A stretch of DNA of 64,000 nucleotides from Pseudomonadota bacterium. GTDB lineage: Bacteria; Desulfobacterota; Binatia; Binatales; Binataceae. The notes under the pieces were generated by a model, which did not search any database, was not told the DNA's origin, and saw nothing but the letters and a program-made list of their open reading frames with translations. The stretch is from the NCBI GenBank assembly GCA_021325025.1, contig JAJPHZ010000022.1, positions 74,646 through 138,645 on the forward strand, in the 5' to 3' direction. Of the stretch, positions 48,001-56,512 are shown piece after piece. Position 1 is the first letter of the stretch; each line of letters starts with the position of its first letter. The position numbers were made by a program, and so were the translations under genes.

Positions 48001-48949
48001 GCTGACGCGTCATACCTACATCGACATCGACCTGCGTCCGCAAGCCCAGGGCCCCAACGACAAGGCAACTCTGCTCAAACCCAATGACGAACTGTTGGTG
48101 AAGGCCGCGTCCAATTATCATCTGCCCTTTACCGTTACAGTCAGCGGCAAGGTGATGCGTCCGGGGGTTTACACAATCCGGGAAGGCGAACGGCTGCATT
48201 CGGTGCTTGAGCGATGCGGCGGCTTTTTGCCCGACGCCTTCGTGCAGGGCATCGTCTTCCGGCGGGTGTCAGTCCAGCAGATGGAGCAGGAGCGGCTCAA
48301 TGAAGCCCGCGAGCGGCTGAGCAAGGAAGCGGCGAACGTCGCGTTGACGCAGGCGCAGTTGGCGTCCTTCAACACCACCCCGGGCTCCGGGGCAAGCTCA
48401 GGCAACGCCACCGCCGCCATGATGGTATTGCAAAACGTGCTGTCGGCCTCCACCCGGCAGGCCGAAGGCCGCATGGTTATCCACGTCAATGCCGCGCTCG
48501 ACGGCAAGCCGGGTCCCGATGATGTCGTGCTGGAAGACGGCGACGAGATCGATGTCCCGGTCGTGCCGTCGTCAGTGATGGTGATGGGCGAGGTCAATCA
48601 TCCCAGTTCCTTCCTGAGACTGGGTTCCAAGACCGTGCGCGATTACATCAACGACGCCGGCGGTTTCACCCGTTATGCCGACAAAAAACAGGTCATCGTC
48701 ATCAAGGCGGACGGCTCGGTCCTGACCGCTGACGGCTACGATCAGAGCCGGCGCTCCAGGCTGTTTCCGGCCCTGCCGCTTATCTCGGGCGGCTTGATGG
48801 AGTCCAAACTGGAGGTCGGAGATACCGTTTTCGTTCCTGAAGATCTGTCCGGTTTCCAGAACATACAGATGACCAAGGATATAACGCAGATTGTAGCCAA
48901 CAGCGCCCAGAGCATAGCGATGATGGCGCTGCTCGCGACGCAACTGTAG
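45044..48949 (+). CDS. Giant multi-SLBB Wza/KpsD-like polysaccharide export protein fused to a roughly 450-aa Pro/Tyr/Gly/Ala-rich low-complexity N-terminal region
   Basis: GGAGG-rich RBS then ATG 45044. Signal peptide; residues roughly 30-460 are low-complexity (NPYANPAYGSAPYGTAP..., Gly/Ser-rich, LSDxQM helical repeats). A Poly_export-like domain follows (VIGPGDEIDILLWGR), then at least four beta-grasp SLBB repeats (each ...GEV..PG.Y......V.DL...AGG...). Confidence 0.8.
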   Translation: MAQHHTVKFGWLATGAIAAAAIAALSLAAQAQVSGGGGFPYPTGVTNGAPVAPAYGAGTAPPSTNPYANPAYGSAPYGTAPSAANPGTNPYTTPPFGSIPPGNPAYGSSAYGQTAPGWQGSYSATQSYLYWRAAACARDPRNCSNAPYNGYLGPNDSSSLSKFNPPITVPYGSAPMLGPYGSPAITGPYVPPPGGTYAPPALANTPYGQPAPYAQPGGFGANGVPANNSFAPTMSNPPTGALTGGAAFGPYGQPPMGYVGPSSPGLAAGSANLANTQMPSLNGPPPAGGFPSSGGFPNSGTIGSSTSAANGGLNNASGGNGAAGGSGISNLLGGIDQNTLNTVAAQLGVSTDQLNKLKTDVASGAIGSDQLQQLSARFGALNLSDNQMNAIGRTLGLSDAQMGMIKQTLASARGSQPGMPNPGFGPPPAGIAPMMPAVNAMPLQVPPSPIEVKFQQIDNPLDLPQPPTTDNLTQFGYNFFVSGVSTFAPVANVPVGNDYVIGPGDEIDILLWGRVNTVLNPVVDRQGMIQVTEIGPLQVAGLTFQQAKKLIEAKASKMTGVQVDVTMGQLRTINVTVAGDVVQPGSYQISALSRVSNALVAAGGVSKVGSLRNIEVRHGNQLVDVIDMYDILLHGNNSADRRLEEGDVIFVPVIGSVVGIAGDVKRPAIYELKKDHPETLDAALRLAGGITGFGFGDHLQVERIQDHKRMVAINVSLRRLTNQNFTIRDGDVIKVYPVMIGPVNMVMLSGNVRRPGNYPWYKGMRLSDLIKKGDGVLPNTYLKYALVRRLSGPGKTTHFLQADLGDALANPRIGQGDIALQPKDEVDIYNVEDVRDLPSVAVNGEVRQPGRYVFSPDMKVSDLVFMAGGLKDDAYQDRVVLVRTEVGPGGKAQRKHFDIDLRSIMQGNYSLDTPLKANDELFIRSVVDWQRPPQFVEITGEVRIPGIYDYYPGMRVGDLVALAGGTQDDAFLKRAELARTEVVNGSLTRHTYIDIDLRPQAQGPNDKATLLKPNDELLVKAASNYHLPFTVTVSGKVMRPGVYTIREGERLHSVLERCGGFLPDAFVQGIVFRRVSVQQMEQERLNEARERLSKEAANVALTQAQLASFNTTPGSGASSGNATAAMMVLQNVLSASTRQAEGRMVIHVNAALDGKPGPDDVVLEDGDEIDVPVVPSSVMVMGEVNHPSSFLRLGSKTVRDYINDAGGFTRYADKKQVIVIKADGSVLTADGYDQSRRSRLFPALPLISGGLMESKLEVGDTVFVPEDLSGFQNIQMTKDITQIVANSAQSIAMMALLATQL

Positions 48950-49176
48950 ACGGGCAGGATGACGCGGCTGCGACCTTTCAGACCGCTTGCAGCACGCGCT
49001 CGGCTGATATGCGTGCGGGCTGCACAGCGATCGCCGGCGTCACGTCCTTGCGCCTGGGCCGGGGACGCGAATCTAAAGGGCCGGCCAGGCAACGCGACTG
49101 GGACGTGGACAAGCGTGTGTTCATCACGATTCTCCCGTCACTGTGGTCTTCGGGATGCTGCAGGGAGAAGTAGACA

Positions 49177-51012
49177 ATGCAAGCCAAGCTTACCCTGCTT
49201 CCGGATCGGCAAACCGTTGTGAGCGCGAAAGCTGCGCACCCTGCGCCGGCCCATTATCTACTTGCGTGGACTGGCGCCGTGATCGCGGCTGTAGCCGCGC
49301 TCCTGACTGCATGCTGTGCCGTGCGCGCCTCAACCTATGTGGTGTATATCGCACTGGATGACCCGGCTTACGACGAACTCGACAAACTAAACGGGATGGG
49401 CCTGCTCGACGACTATCTGTCCGAAATCAGGCCCATCGCCCGCGTCGAGGCGGCACGTCTGACCCTGGAGGCGCAGCGCAATCTGGACGAAGCCGAACAG
49501 CCCGATGCGCTGGCGGGCGTGCTAATCCGGTCGCTGCGCGAGGAGTTCCACGAAGAAATCCAGTGGCTGGAAAACGATCACGAAGACAATCCGCCCACCA
49601 TGATTCATCCGCTGGAACGGGTGGAAGCGCAATACATTTATTCAAGCGGCACGCGCCGGCGGTTTGCGCTCTTTAGCTCCAATCCGCTTGAGTATCAGGC
49701 CCAGGAAGCCACTCCGCTGCTGGCCAACAACGATGGTTTACCCACTTCGCCGGGCAGCAACGAGATCTTGCGCATTTCGAACTGGGCAGGCGTGGGCGGC
49801 TTTCTGACTGCGTACGGCGAAACCTCGGTCGCCGGCCCAATCGTTCACAGCCCTGCGCTCTTTGAGCAGGCTTGGCCGCCTGGCGCGCTCTACAACGGCT
49901 CTCCCGCCGTCACCCAAACCTCGGATACCAACCGGCTGCGTCTGCTGCGCGGGGGCGTGGTGGCAAGCATCGGCAATCAGGCGCTGGCCTTTGGCTACCA
50001 GGAAATGGGCTGGGGCACAGGGTACTTCGCTCCGCTATCGCAGGGCAACAATGCGCGTGCGTTTCCGGCCTTGACCTTTCAAAGCGTTCATCCCAGGCTG
50101 CTGCCGGGCTTCTTGCGCTACCTGGGACCGTTTCGGCATCAGATCTTCGTCGGGCGCCTTAATAACGGCCGCTATGCGGAAGATCTGCGGTTAACCCCCC
50201 CGTTGCTCAAGAACTACAATTACCCCTGGATTTCGGGGCAGGTCATCGCGTTCAAACCGCTGCCGACCTTCGAGTTCGGCCTGGATCACGTAATCATGTT
50301 CGGCGGGGCCGGCAACTCAAATTACGGATGGACCGGATGGCTGGGACGCGCCACCGGCCTGAACACCGGAAATACCAGTCAGGGAAATACCAACTCACGC
50401 GGCGGCGTGTTCCTGAAGATATATCTCCCGAGCCTGCGTAACACGGAGATTTACCAGGAGATCCTCGGCGAAGATAATCTGAGCACCGAATTCCGGCCGG
50501 TGGGAGGAGCGCTGCCGTTCCTGTCCGTTTCCTACCAGGGGGGAGTATATATCCCGCGCGTGACCGCCGACGGTTTGACCGATGCCCGCTTCGAATATGC
50601 GCTCATCGAACCGAACTATTCCAGGCACGACGACTCGCTGTACTGGGCCTATTACGGTCAGTTGATGGCGGATCCGATCGGTCCTGACGCCACCGAAATC
50701 GATTTGAGTGTCGGCCGCTGGTTCAATTACCGTTACCGGGGAGACGCCGACGTCTTCTATACCGAACGCGCCCCGAACTTCGAGATTGCCGGGCTCAGCA
50801 AGGAGCGCAGCGGCGGTATCGCGATCGATGTGATGCAGATCCCGGGCAGATTCGACGTCCAAAACTTCTCCCTTCTCGGTTCGCTCAGAGTACGGGCCGC
50901 ATGTGAGTATGTGCATGACATCAACTGGATGCGCGGAACCGACTCGGTGCGGACGATGGTGCTGATATCGGGATCCCTGTGGCCGGCTTGGGGAAGCTGG
51001 ATCTGGCACTAA
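49177..51012 (+). CDS. Putative outer-membrane beta-barrel protein, possibly capsule-assembly Wzi-family
   Basis: After an N-terminal signal/TM, a helical segment (DDPAYDELDKLNGMGLLDDYLSEIRPIARVEAARL) resembles the Wzi N-domain pattern Y..L..L...G......RP..R.E.A.L. The remainder is aromatic/Gly-rich and the protein ends in an aromatic-rich tail (WGSWIWH). Position next to wza fits. Family assignment is from memory only. Confidence 0.45.
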   Translation: MQAKLTLLPDRQTVVSAKAAHPAPAHYLLAWTGAVIAAVAALLTACCAVRASTYVVYIALDDPAYDELDKLNGMGLLDDYLSEIRPIARVEAARLTLEAQRNLDEAEQPDALAGVLIRSLREEFHEEIQWLENDHEDNPPTMIHPLERVEAQYIYSSGTRRRFALFSSNPLEYQAQEATPLLANNDGLPTSPGSNEILRISNWAGVGGFLTAYGETSVAGPIVHSPALFEQAWPPGALYNGSPAVTQTSDTNRLRLLRGGVVASIGNQALAFGYQEMGWGTGYFAPLSQGNNARAFPALTFQSVHPRLLPGFLRYLGPFRHQIFVGRLNNGRYAEDLRLTPPLLKNYNYPWISGQVIAFKPLPTFEFGLDHVIMFGGAGNSNYGWTGWLGRATGLNTGNTSQGNTNSRGGVFLKIYLPSLRNTEIYQEILGEDNLSTEFRPVGGALPFLSVSYQGGVYIPRVTADGLTDARFEYALIEPNYSRHDDSLYWAYYGQLMADPIGPDATEIDLSVGRWFNYRYRGDADVFYTERAPNFEIAGLSKERSGGIAIDVMQIPGRFDVQNFSLLGSLRVRAACEYVHDINWMRGTDSVRTMVLISGSLWPAWGSWIWH

Positions 51013-51027
51013 GGAGGCCGTTGGCGC

Positions 51028-52098
51028 ATGGCGAATAACGAAGAGTTCAACGGGTCCAGGCAGACCCCTGCACAAAGCGGCAATGGCATCTTCGAGCTCG
51101 ACGGTGCGGCCGGAGAGGAAAGCAGCGGCATTCTGCGTTCCTACCTGGCGCTGGTCGCCCTGCGTCACCGCCGTCTGCTGATTGCCGCCACGGTGTCTTC
51201 AATGGTCCTGGTCTTCTGTCTGACCAAGTTCGTGATGAATCCCAAGTACCTGTCGACCGCGATCATCCGGCCGATCGGCCAAAGCACCAGCGGCATCGGC
51301 GGCCTGCTGCAGAGTACCGGGTTGTCCAACATGGCCAACATGAGCGGCACCGGAATTGACAGCGACATCGGCACCAATGTGCACGATCCGGAGGAATTGG
51401 TAGCCATCTTGAAAAGCTACACCTTCACCTCCAACCTCATCGAGAGCGAAAAACTCGGCCCCAGGCTTGGTGGAGGACACAGCATCTGGTCGCTGGTGCC
51501 CGCTTTTTTACGTCCCAAAGGCGGCGGCGGGTCGCCGCTGTGGGACTACTATCAGACGGTGAGTTCGCGTTTTGATTGTGAAAACAGCATGCGCACCGGC
51601 AATATCACCTTAACCTACATCGACAAGGATCCTGAACTGGCCAACTACGTCCTGCGCCTTTATATCGACCACCTGCGCGACCAGCTTCGCGCCCACGATG
51701 TAGCTTATGACAAGGCGGCGGCCAGATCGCTACAGCAGCAGGCGGCCACGGTCAGCGATCCGATGCTGCGCGACGACCTCTACGATCTCGCCGCCCGGCA
51801 AATAAAAAAGATTGGAACCGCGCAGGCCAACGCCGACTTCGCCTTCACCGTCCTGGAGAGACCCTACACCCCGCCTTATCCCGACCGGCCCTGGGTGGTG
51901 CTCGATACGCTGGCCGCCGGCATCGTGGTGCCGCTGTTTGTTTTTCTGGGCTTGGTGGTGCGCGACTGGGCGCCGCGTGTGAAGCACGATCTCGCTGAGG
52001 CTGCCTATGTGTCGGAGCGCACTCCCGACAGCATTGCGCTGTCGAGGAGACCTCGGCGTGCTCCGAGCCCCGAACAGGACCGGCCGTACACCGGATGA
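51028..52098 (+). CDS. Wzz-like polysaccharide co-polymerase (PCP-1 type, two TM helices)
   Basis: An N-terminal TM (LLIAATVSSMVLVFCLTKFV) directly precedes a Wzz-like motif (NPKYLSTAIIRP). A periplasmic coiled-coil follows, then a C-terminal TM (VVLDTLAAGIVVPLFVFLGLVV). Confidence 0.65.
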   Translation: MANNEEFNGSRQTPAQSGNGIFELDGAAGEESSGILRSYLALVALRHRRLLIAATVSSMVLVFCLTKFVMNPKYLSTAIIRPIGQSTSGIGGLLQSTGLSNMANMSGTGIDSDIGTNVHDPEELVAILKSYTFTSNLIESEKLGPRLGGGHSIWSLVPAFLRPKGGGGSPLWDYYQTVSSRFDCENSMRTGNITLTYIDKDPELANYVLRLYIDHLRDQLRAHDVAYDKAAARSLQQQAATVSDPMLRDDLYDLAARQIKKIGTAQANADFAFTVLERPYTPPYPDRPWVVLDTLAAGIVVPLFVFLGLVVRDWAPRVKHDLAEAAYVSERTPDSIALSRRPRRAPSPEQDRPYTG

Positions 52099-52143
52099 AG
52101 GTAAGTTCCGCGGTTGGCGTGCCGGTATAGTTCCCTGATTCTC

Positions 52144-52818
52144 ATGACGCTCGACCCATATCTGATCAAAAGGGTACCGAAATGGCATTGGAAACGCTTG
52201 ACCTTTACTGCGTGGGCAAAACTGTCGGACCTGCATAGCCGGCTCTTCTTCCAGGAATACGAGATTCCCATGATCGATCGCGTCGGTGAACCCGGCGCCG
52301 CGCCCGATGCCTGTTGGGATGAAACTCAGGTCACACCGCAGCAAGCGGCCTACTTGTTAAAGGCCCTCGCCTTGGCTGACAATTGCGGGGAGTGCGTCGT
52401 CGAGGTCGGCGCCTGGCGCGGGGTCACGACGGAATATCTCGCCGCGGCCACCGACTCTCCCGTAGTTGCGATCGACCCGTTTATCGGTTCGGCAAACGAG
52501 ACCAACTTGCGCCGCTTCATGGAGCGGACCGCCGCCCTGGGGAATGTCACGTTGAGGCGCGAGACTTTTGGCCAGGCAGTGCGCAACTGGAATCTTGGTC
52601 CGGCGCGATTCATTTTCATCGACGCCGCTCATGACTACGTCAACGTGAGCCATGATCTTGCCGCGGCGATGCGTATCACGAAGCCGGGAGCGATTTTGGC
52701 ACTACACGATGTTGACGATCGGCGCTATGCTGGATGCCGAAGGGCGGTCTACGAGCGGTTAGAACGGTTCGAGCTTATCGCGCACATTCCGAACCTCGTC
52801 ATAGTGCGGCGATCTTAA
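52144..52818 (+). CDS. Class I SAM-dependent methyltransferase (Methyltransf_24/TylF-related O-methyltransferase)
   Basis: Motif I VVEVGAWRG and post-I IFIDAAHDY...ILALHDV. The start is uncertain (ATG 52144 preferred; TTG 52114 and ATG 52270 are alternatives). Confidence 0.6.
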   Translation: MTLDPYLIKRVPKWHWKRLTFTAWAKLSDLHSRLFFQEYEIPMIDRVGEPGAAPDACWDETQVTPQQAAYLLKALALADNCGECVVEVGAWRGVTTEYLAAATDSPVVAIDPFIGSANETNLRRFMERTAALGNVTLRRETFGQAVRNWNLGPARFIFIDAAHDYVNVSHDLAAAMRITKPGAILALHDVDDRRYAGCRRAVYERLERFELIAHIPNLVIVRRS

Positions 52819-52828
52819 GTAATCGGCG

Positions 52829-53623
52829 GTGAAGAATATACTTAAATCCTTTCTGCGTAGCTATCTTCTGGAAAGAGGATGGCGGCCGGCGGCTGCGATA
52901 CCGATCGAGGCCGCATGCCTTAACACCACGTTTCATTACGATGAAGAGCAAGATATAAGGCGTGCCATAGCAATTGTTCGCGGTCATACAATGATGTCTT
53001 TCGAGCGAGCTGCGACGCTTTGGCAACAGATGCGCTATCTTGACCGCCATCAGATCGAGGGTGCCATGGTGGAATGTGGTGTTTGGAAAGGCGGTGCCGT
53101 GGGACTGAGCGCCCTGGCGCACCTGGCGTCAGCAGCTCCTCCCCGCCGCCACCTCCATCTGTTCGACAGTTTCAACGGTCTTCCGGAGCCCGATGAGGAA
53201 CTGGACGGTCACAAAGCCGTACAGCTGAGCAATGGCAGGGCTTCGGGACGTCTCCAATCAACAAATGTGCTGGTGGCCGGAATCGAGGATAGCAAGACTC
53301 TTCTTGAGAGCATCATCGGCTATCCAAAAGAGCTGATTCATTACCATCGGGGCTGGTTTCAAGATACCATACCGCGTGATGCCAATACGATTGGTGCAAT
53401 CGCACTCCTCAGAATGGACGGCGACTGGTACGAGTCAACCGCGATCTGCATCAAGTATCTGTATCCGAAGGTCGCAAAGAACGGTATTGTCGTGATCGAC
53501 GACTATGGTCACTTCGAAGGGTGCCGCCGTGCGATAGACGAGTTTCTAGCCAAAGAAGCGTGTCCCATATTCTTAAACCATGTCGATTATGCCTGCCGGT
53601 ACTTTATCAAGCCTGAACGATGA
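52829..53623 (+). CDS. TylF/MycF-family macrocin-type sugar O-methyltransferase
   Basis: Family motifs ECGVWKGGA, LFDSFNGLP, and MDGDWYEST...VIDDYGHFEGCRRAIDEF. Confidence 0.8.
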   Translation: MKNILKSFLRSYLLERGWRPAAAIPIEAACLNTTFHYDEEQDIRRAIAIVRGHTMMSFERAATLWQQMRYLDRHQIEGAMVECGVWKGGAVGLSALAHLASAAPPRRHLHLFDSFNGLPEPDEELDGHKAVQLSNGRASGRLQSTNVLVAGIEDSKTLLESIIGYPKELIHYHRGWFQDTIPRDANTIGAIALLRMDGDWYESTAICIKYLYPKVAKNGIVVIDDYGHFEGCRRAIDEFLAKEACPIFLNHVDYACRYFIKPER

Positions 53624-53718
53624 CTAGACTATTAGCGCGCGAGCTGCCCAGCGCCTGGAACGTGGACGGGTGCTGAGAGAGTCGCTAATCCCAGGCTGGC
53701 CAGCAAACAGAGGAGGAG

Positions 53719-54843
53719 GTGCGGTCGATCGGACCAAGCAAGGCCCATCCCACGGTTGCAGTGTTTTTTCCGTTGCTCGCCGGAGGCGGATTGGAGCGGG
53801 TAATGTTGAACCTGGCCCGCGGTTTGGCGCTGAAGGGCACGCGTGTCGACCTGGTACTTGCGTGCGCGCAGGGGCCTTACCTCCAGGCCGTGCCTCCGGG
53901 CGTCAATCTGGTCGATTTCCGTTCGCTCAGGGTAAGCAGGTCGATCCTGCGCCTGGCGAGTTATCTCCGGCACAGGCGGCCCGATGCGGTTATTTCGGCT
54001 TCCACCCACGCCAATGTGGCCACCATTTGCGCCAGAGCGATTGCGCGCGGCGCCACGCGCGTGATCGTCACCGAACATAACCCGCCGACCACGGTTGCTG
54101 AGTACAACCAGGACTGGCGTACGTGGTTGCTGCATAGGACCATGAAGTCGGCCTACCGCTTCGCCGACTCAGTGGTGGCCGTGTCCCGGGGTCTGGCCGA
54201 CGATATGGCACGCCGCCTTCAGTTTGACCGCGACAGCATAAATGTCATCTACAATCCGGTGGTGACACCTGCGCTTCTTGCCAACGCCGCCGAACCCCTG
54301 GACCATCCATGGTTCGGACCGGGGCAACCCCCAGTTGTTCTAGCCGTGGGCCGGCTTGAGCCGCGTAAGGACTTTTCCACCCTGCTGAGAGCGTTCACCC
54401 GGCTCAGGCGCGCGCGGCCGGCGCGTATTATGATTCTGGGCGAAGGCCCGGACCGACCGCGGCTGGAATCAATTGTCCGAGAGCTGAGGATTGAGGAAAA
54501 CGCAGCACTTCCCGGCTTTGTGGATAATCCCTACAAATATATGAAGCGGGCAAAGGTTCTGGTTCTTTCTTCCCGATCGGAAGGACTGCCGACGGTTCTG
54601 ATCGAGGCGATGGCTCTGGGAACGCAAGTGGTGAGCACGGATTGCCTGAGCGGACCAGACGAGATTCTCGAATGGGGAAAATGGGGAAAATTGGTGCCGG
54701 TTGGTGATGACCTTCAAATGGCCTCCGCCATCTGCGATATTCTCGACGGTCGAGCTCGCTACAACGTCGAAGACCGAGCATCGGCTTTCTCACTGGATAA
54801 TATCGTTGATTCCTACCTCGATGTGGTATTGGCCGGCAGTTGA
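53719..54843 (+). CDS. Family 4 (GT-B) glycosyltransferase
   Basis: AGGAGGAGG RBS then GTG 53719. N-terminus FFPLLAGGGLERVMLNLARGL. C-terminal GT4 core PVVLAVGRLEPRKDFSTLLRAF...SRSEGLPTVLIEAMALGTQVVSTD. Confidence 0.85.
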   Translation: MRSIGPSKAHPTVAVFFPLLAGGGLERVMLNLARGLALKGTRVDLVLACAQGPYLQAVPPGVNLVDFRSLRVSRSILRLASYLRHRRPDAVISASTHANVATICARAIARGATRVIVTEHNPPTTVAEYNQDWRTWLLHRTMKSAYRFADSVVAVSRGLADDMARRLQFDRDSINVIYNPVVTPALLANAAEPLDHPWFGPGQPPVVLAVGRLEPRKDFSTLLRAFTRLRRARPARIMILGEGPDRPRLESIVRELRIEENAALPGFVDNPYKYMKRAKVLVLSSRSEGLPTVLIEAMALGTQVVSTDCLSGPDEILEWGKWGKLVPVGDDLQMASAICDILDGRARYNVEDRASAFSLDNIVDSYLDVVLAGS

Positions 54844-55050
54844 TGCGTTCCTGCAGGATCGAGTAGCAGCGCTCCGGAGAAGTAGACTTGCGGAACCTAC
54901 GCGTAACGCCTGCAAGCAAGCATCTACGGCCGGGCTGGTCTCAATTGCCCTGTATCAGTCCGGACGGAGGCCGATGCGCTTTTCTATGAAAGGGTCCGCG
55001 TTACCTTTGGGACAGCAAGCCGCGCGAGTTGCGAAAGACGCTTTTGACCG

Positions 55051-56412
55051 ATGAACCCGGCTGGCATCTGGCTGTCACTGCAAAAACGCAGCGCCTTCGG
55101 AGCTAATGTTGCTCTGACGGCTGCGACTAACCTTGCCATCGGAGTGCTTGGTCTGGTCACCGGAGTTCTCGCGGCGCGCCTTTTGGGCCCGCGCGGGCGA
55201 GGGGAGCTGGCGGCCATCCAAACCTACCCGATGCTACTCGCAAACCTGGCTATGCTGGGAACCGGTCCGTCGGTGGTCTATTTTTCGGCGCGTGATCCCG
55301 AACGCGCCGGGCGCTACCTTGGCTGCGCGGCTGTGATCGCGCTGCTTGCCTCCGCGCCTTTGATAACCGGCGGCTACCTGGCGATGCCGCTGTTGCTATC
55401 GGCCCAGTCGCCCCAAATCGTGACTGCGGCATGCTGGTACCTGATCAACGTACCCGTAGTCGCGATCATGTCGCTGTGGCTCTTTGTGCTGCGCGGCCGC
55501 AGTGATTTCCTGCCCTGGAACGCACTGCGGATTTTGCCGACCCTGGCTTGGCTGGCGGTGCTGGCTTCGGCCTGGTTGTGCGGAATCAGAGACCCGCGTC
55601 GCGTCGCGGCGGTTTACCTTGCCGCTCTATTCGCACTGTTAATCCCGTTCGAATTGATAGTCAAAAGGAACGTGCCGGGACGATTCACGCCCGAGGCGCG
55701 TCAATTCAGGCCGATGCTCGCCTATGGATTGCCTTGCGTGGCTTCCAGCTTGCCAGTGGTACTCAACCTGCGTCTGGATCAGATGTTGATGGCAGGCCTG
55801 CTGGCGCCCAGCGAACTCGGCCTGTACGTAGCGGCCGTTGCTTGGAGCGGCGCGATTAATCCTCTGATGAACGCCTTAAGTTCGGTGTTGTTTCCGAAGA
55901 TTGCTGCGCACAGGGCGGAAGCGGACCGCTTCCGCAGTTTCTTGCACGGCAGCCGCCTCGCGGTTGTGGTCGCCTTGATCACGGCGCCAATACTGGCTGC
56001 AGCCACTCCATGGGGCGTGGTTCTATTGTTCGGGGCCAAATTCCGCGGCGCGATCAAGGCGGCGCTGATACTGGTCCCGGCCGGGGCGGTGTCGGCACTC
56101 AACAGCGTGATCGAAGAGGGTTTTCGCGGCCTCGGCAAGCCGGCCGCGGTATTGTACGCCGAACTGGCCGGGCTGTTGATGACGATTGTCAGCTTGTATC
56201 TGCTGCTGCGCCCCATGGGGATCATCGGCGCGTCGATCGCTTCTTTGGCGGGTTATTCGACCGTAATGATGTCGCTGCTGCTTCAGGCCCGCTGGCTGAC
56301 GCACAAGTCGCCGGCTGAATTGCTGCTTCCGAGTCCGGAGGATGTTGTCGAAGGGCTTAAGCGCTTAGCCACATTGGCGCGGAGCATGGTTTTGGTGATA
56401 TCGCGCGCCTGA
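55051..56412 (+). CDS. Wzx-type polysaccharide flippase (MOP superfamily), second copy in the window
   Basis: 453 aa, about 12-14 TM helices, with Wzx-typical loop motifs (LGPRGRGELAAIQTY; LPCVASSLPVVLNLRLDQMLMAGL). Confidence 0.8.
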   Translation: MNPAGIWLSLQKRSAFGANVALTAATNLAIGVLGLVTGVLAARLLGPRGRGELAAIQTYPMLLANLAMLGTGPSVVYFSARDPERAGRYLGCAAVIALLASAPLITGGYLAMPLLLSAQSPQIVTAACWYLINVPVVAIMSLWLFVLRGRSDFLPWNALRILPTLAWLAVLASAWLCGIRDPRRVAAVYLAALFALLIPFELIVKRNVPGRFTPEARQFRPMLAYGLPCVASSLPVVLNLRLDQMLMAGLLAPSELGLYVAAVAWSGAINPLMNALSSVLFPKIAAHRAEADRFRSFLHGSRLAVVVALITAPILAAATPWGVVLLFGAKFRGAIKAALILVPAGAVSALNSVIEEGFRGLGKPAAVLYAELAGLLMTIVSLYLLLRPMGIIGASIASLAGYSTVMMSLLLQARWLTHKSPAELLLPSPEDVVEGLKRLATLARSMVLVISRA

Positions 56413-56512
56413 AAGAGGTTGCAGCGATTTGCTGCCTGGCACGCCGCAACAAGCGCCTGGCCTGCTTGCGGCATTACGTCGGCGCGGATGACTTGTTGCT
56501 TTTACGAAATCG

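Noticed and set aside
49144-49159. Weak sigma-54-like site TGGTCTtcgggATGCT upstream of the Wzi-like gene
   Set aside because: Multiple mismatches in both elements, and it would leave a leader too short to contain the RBS.
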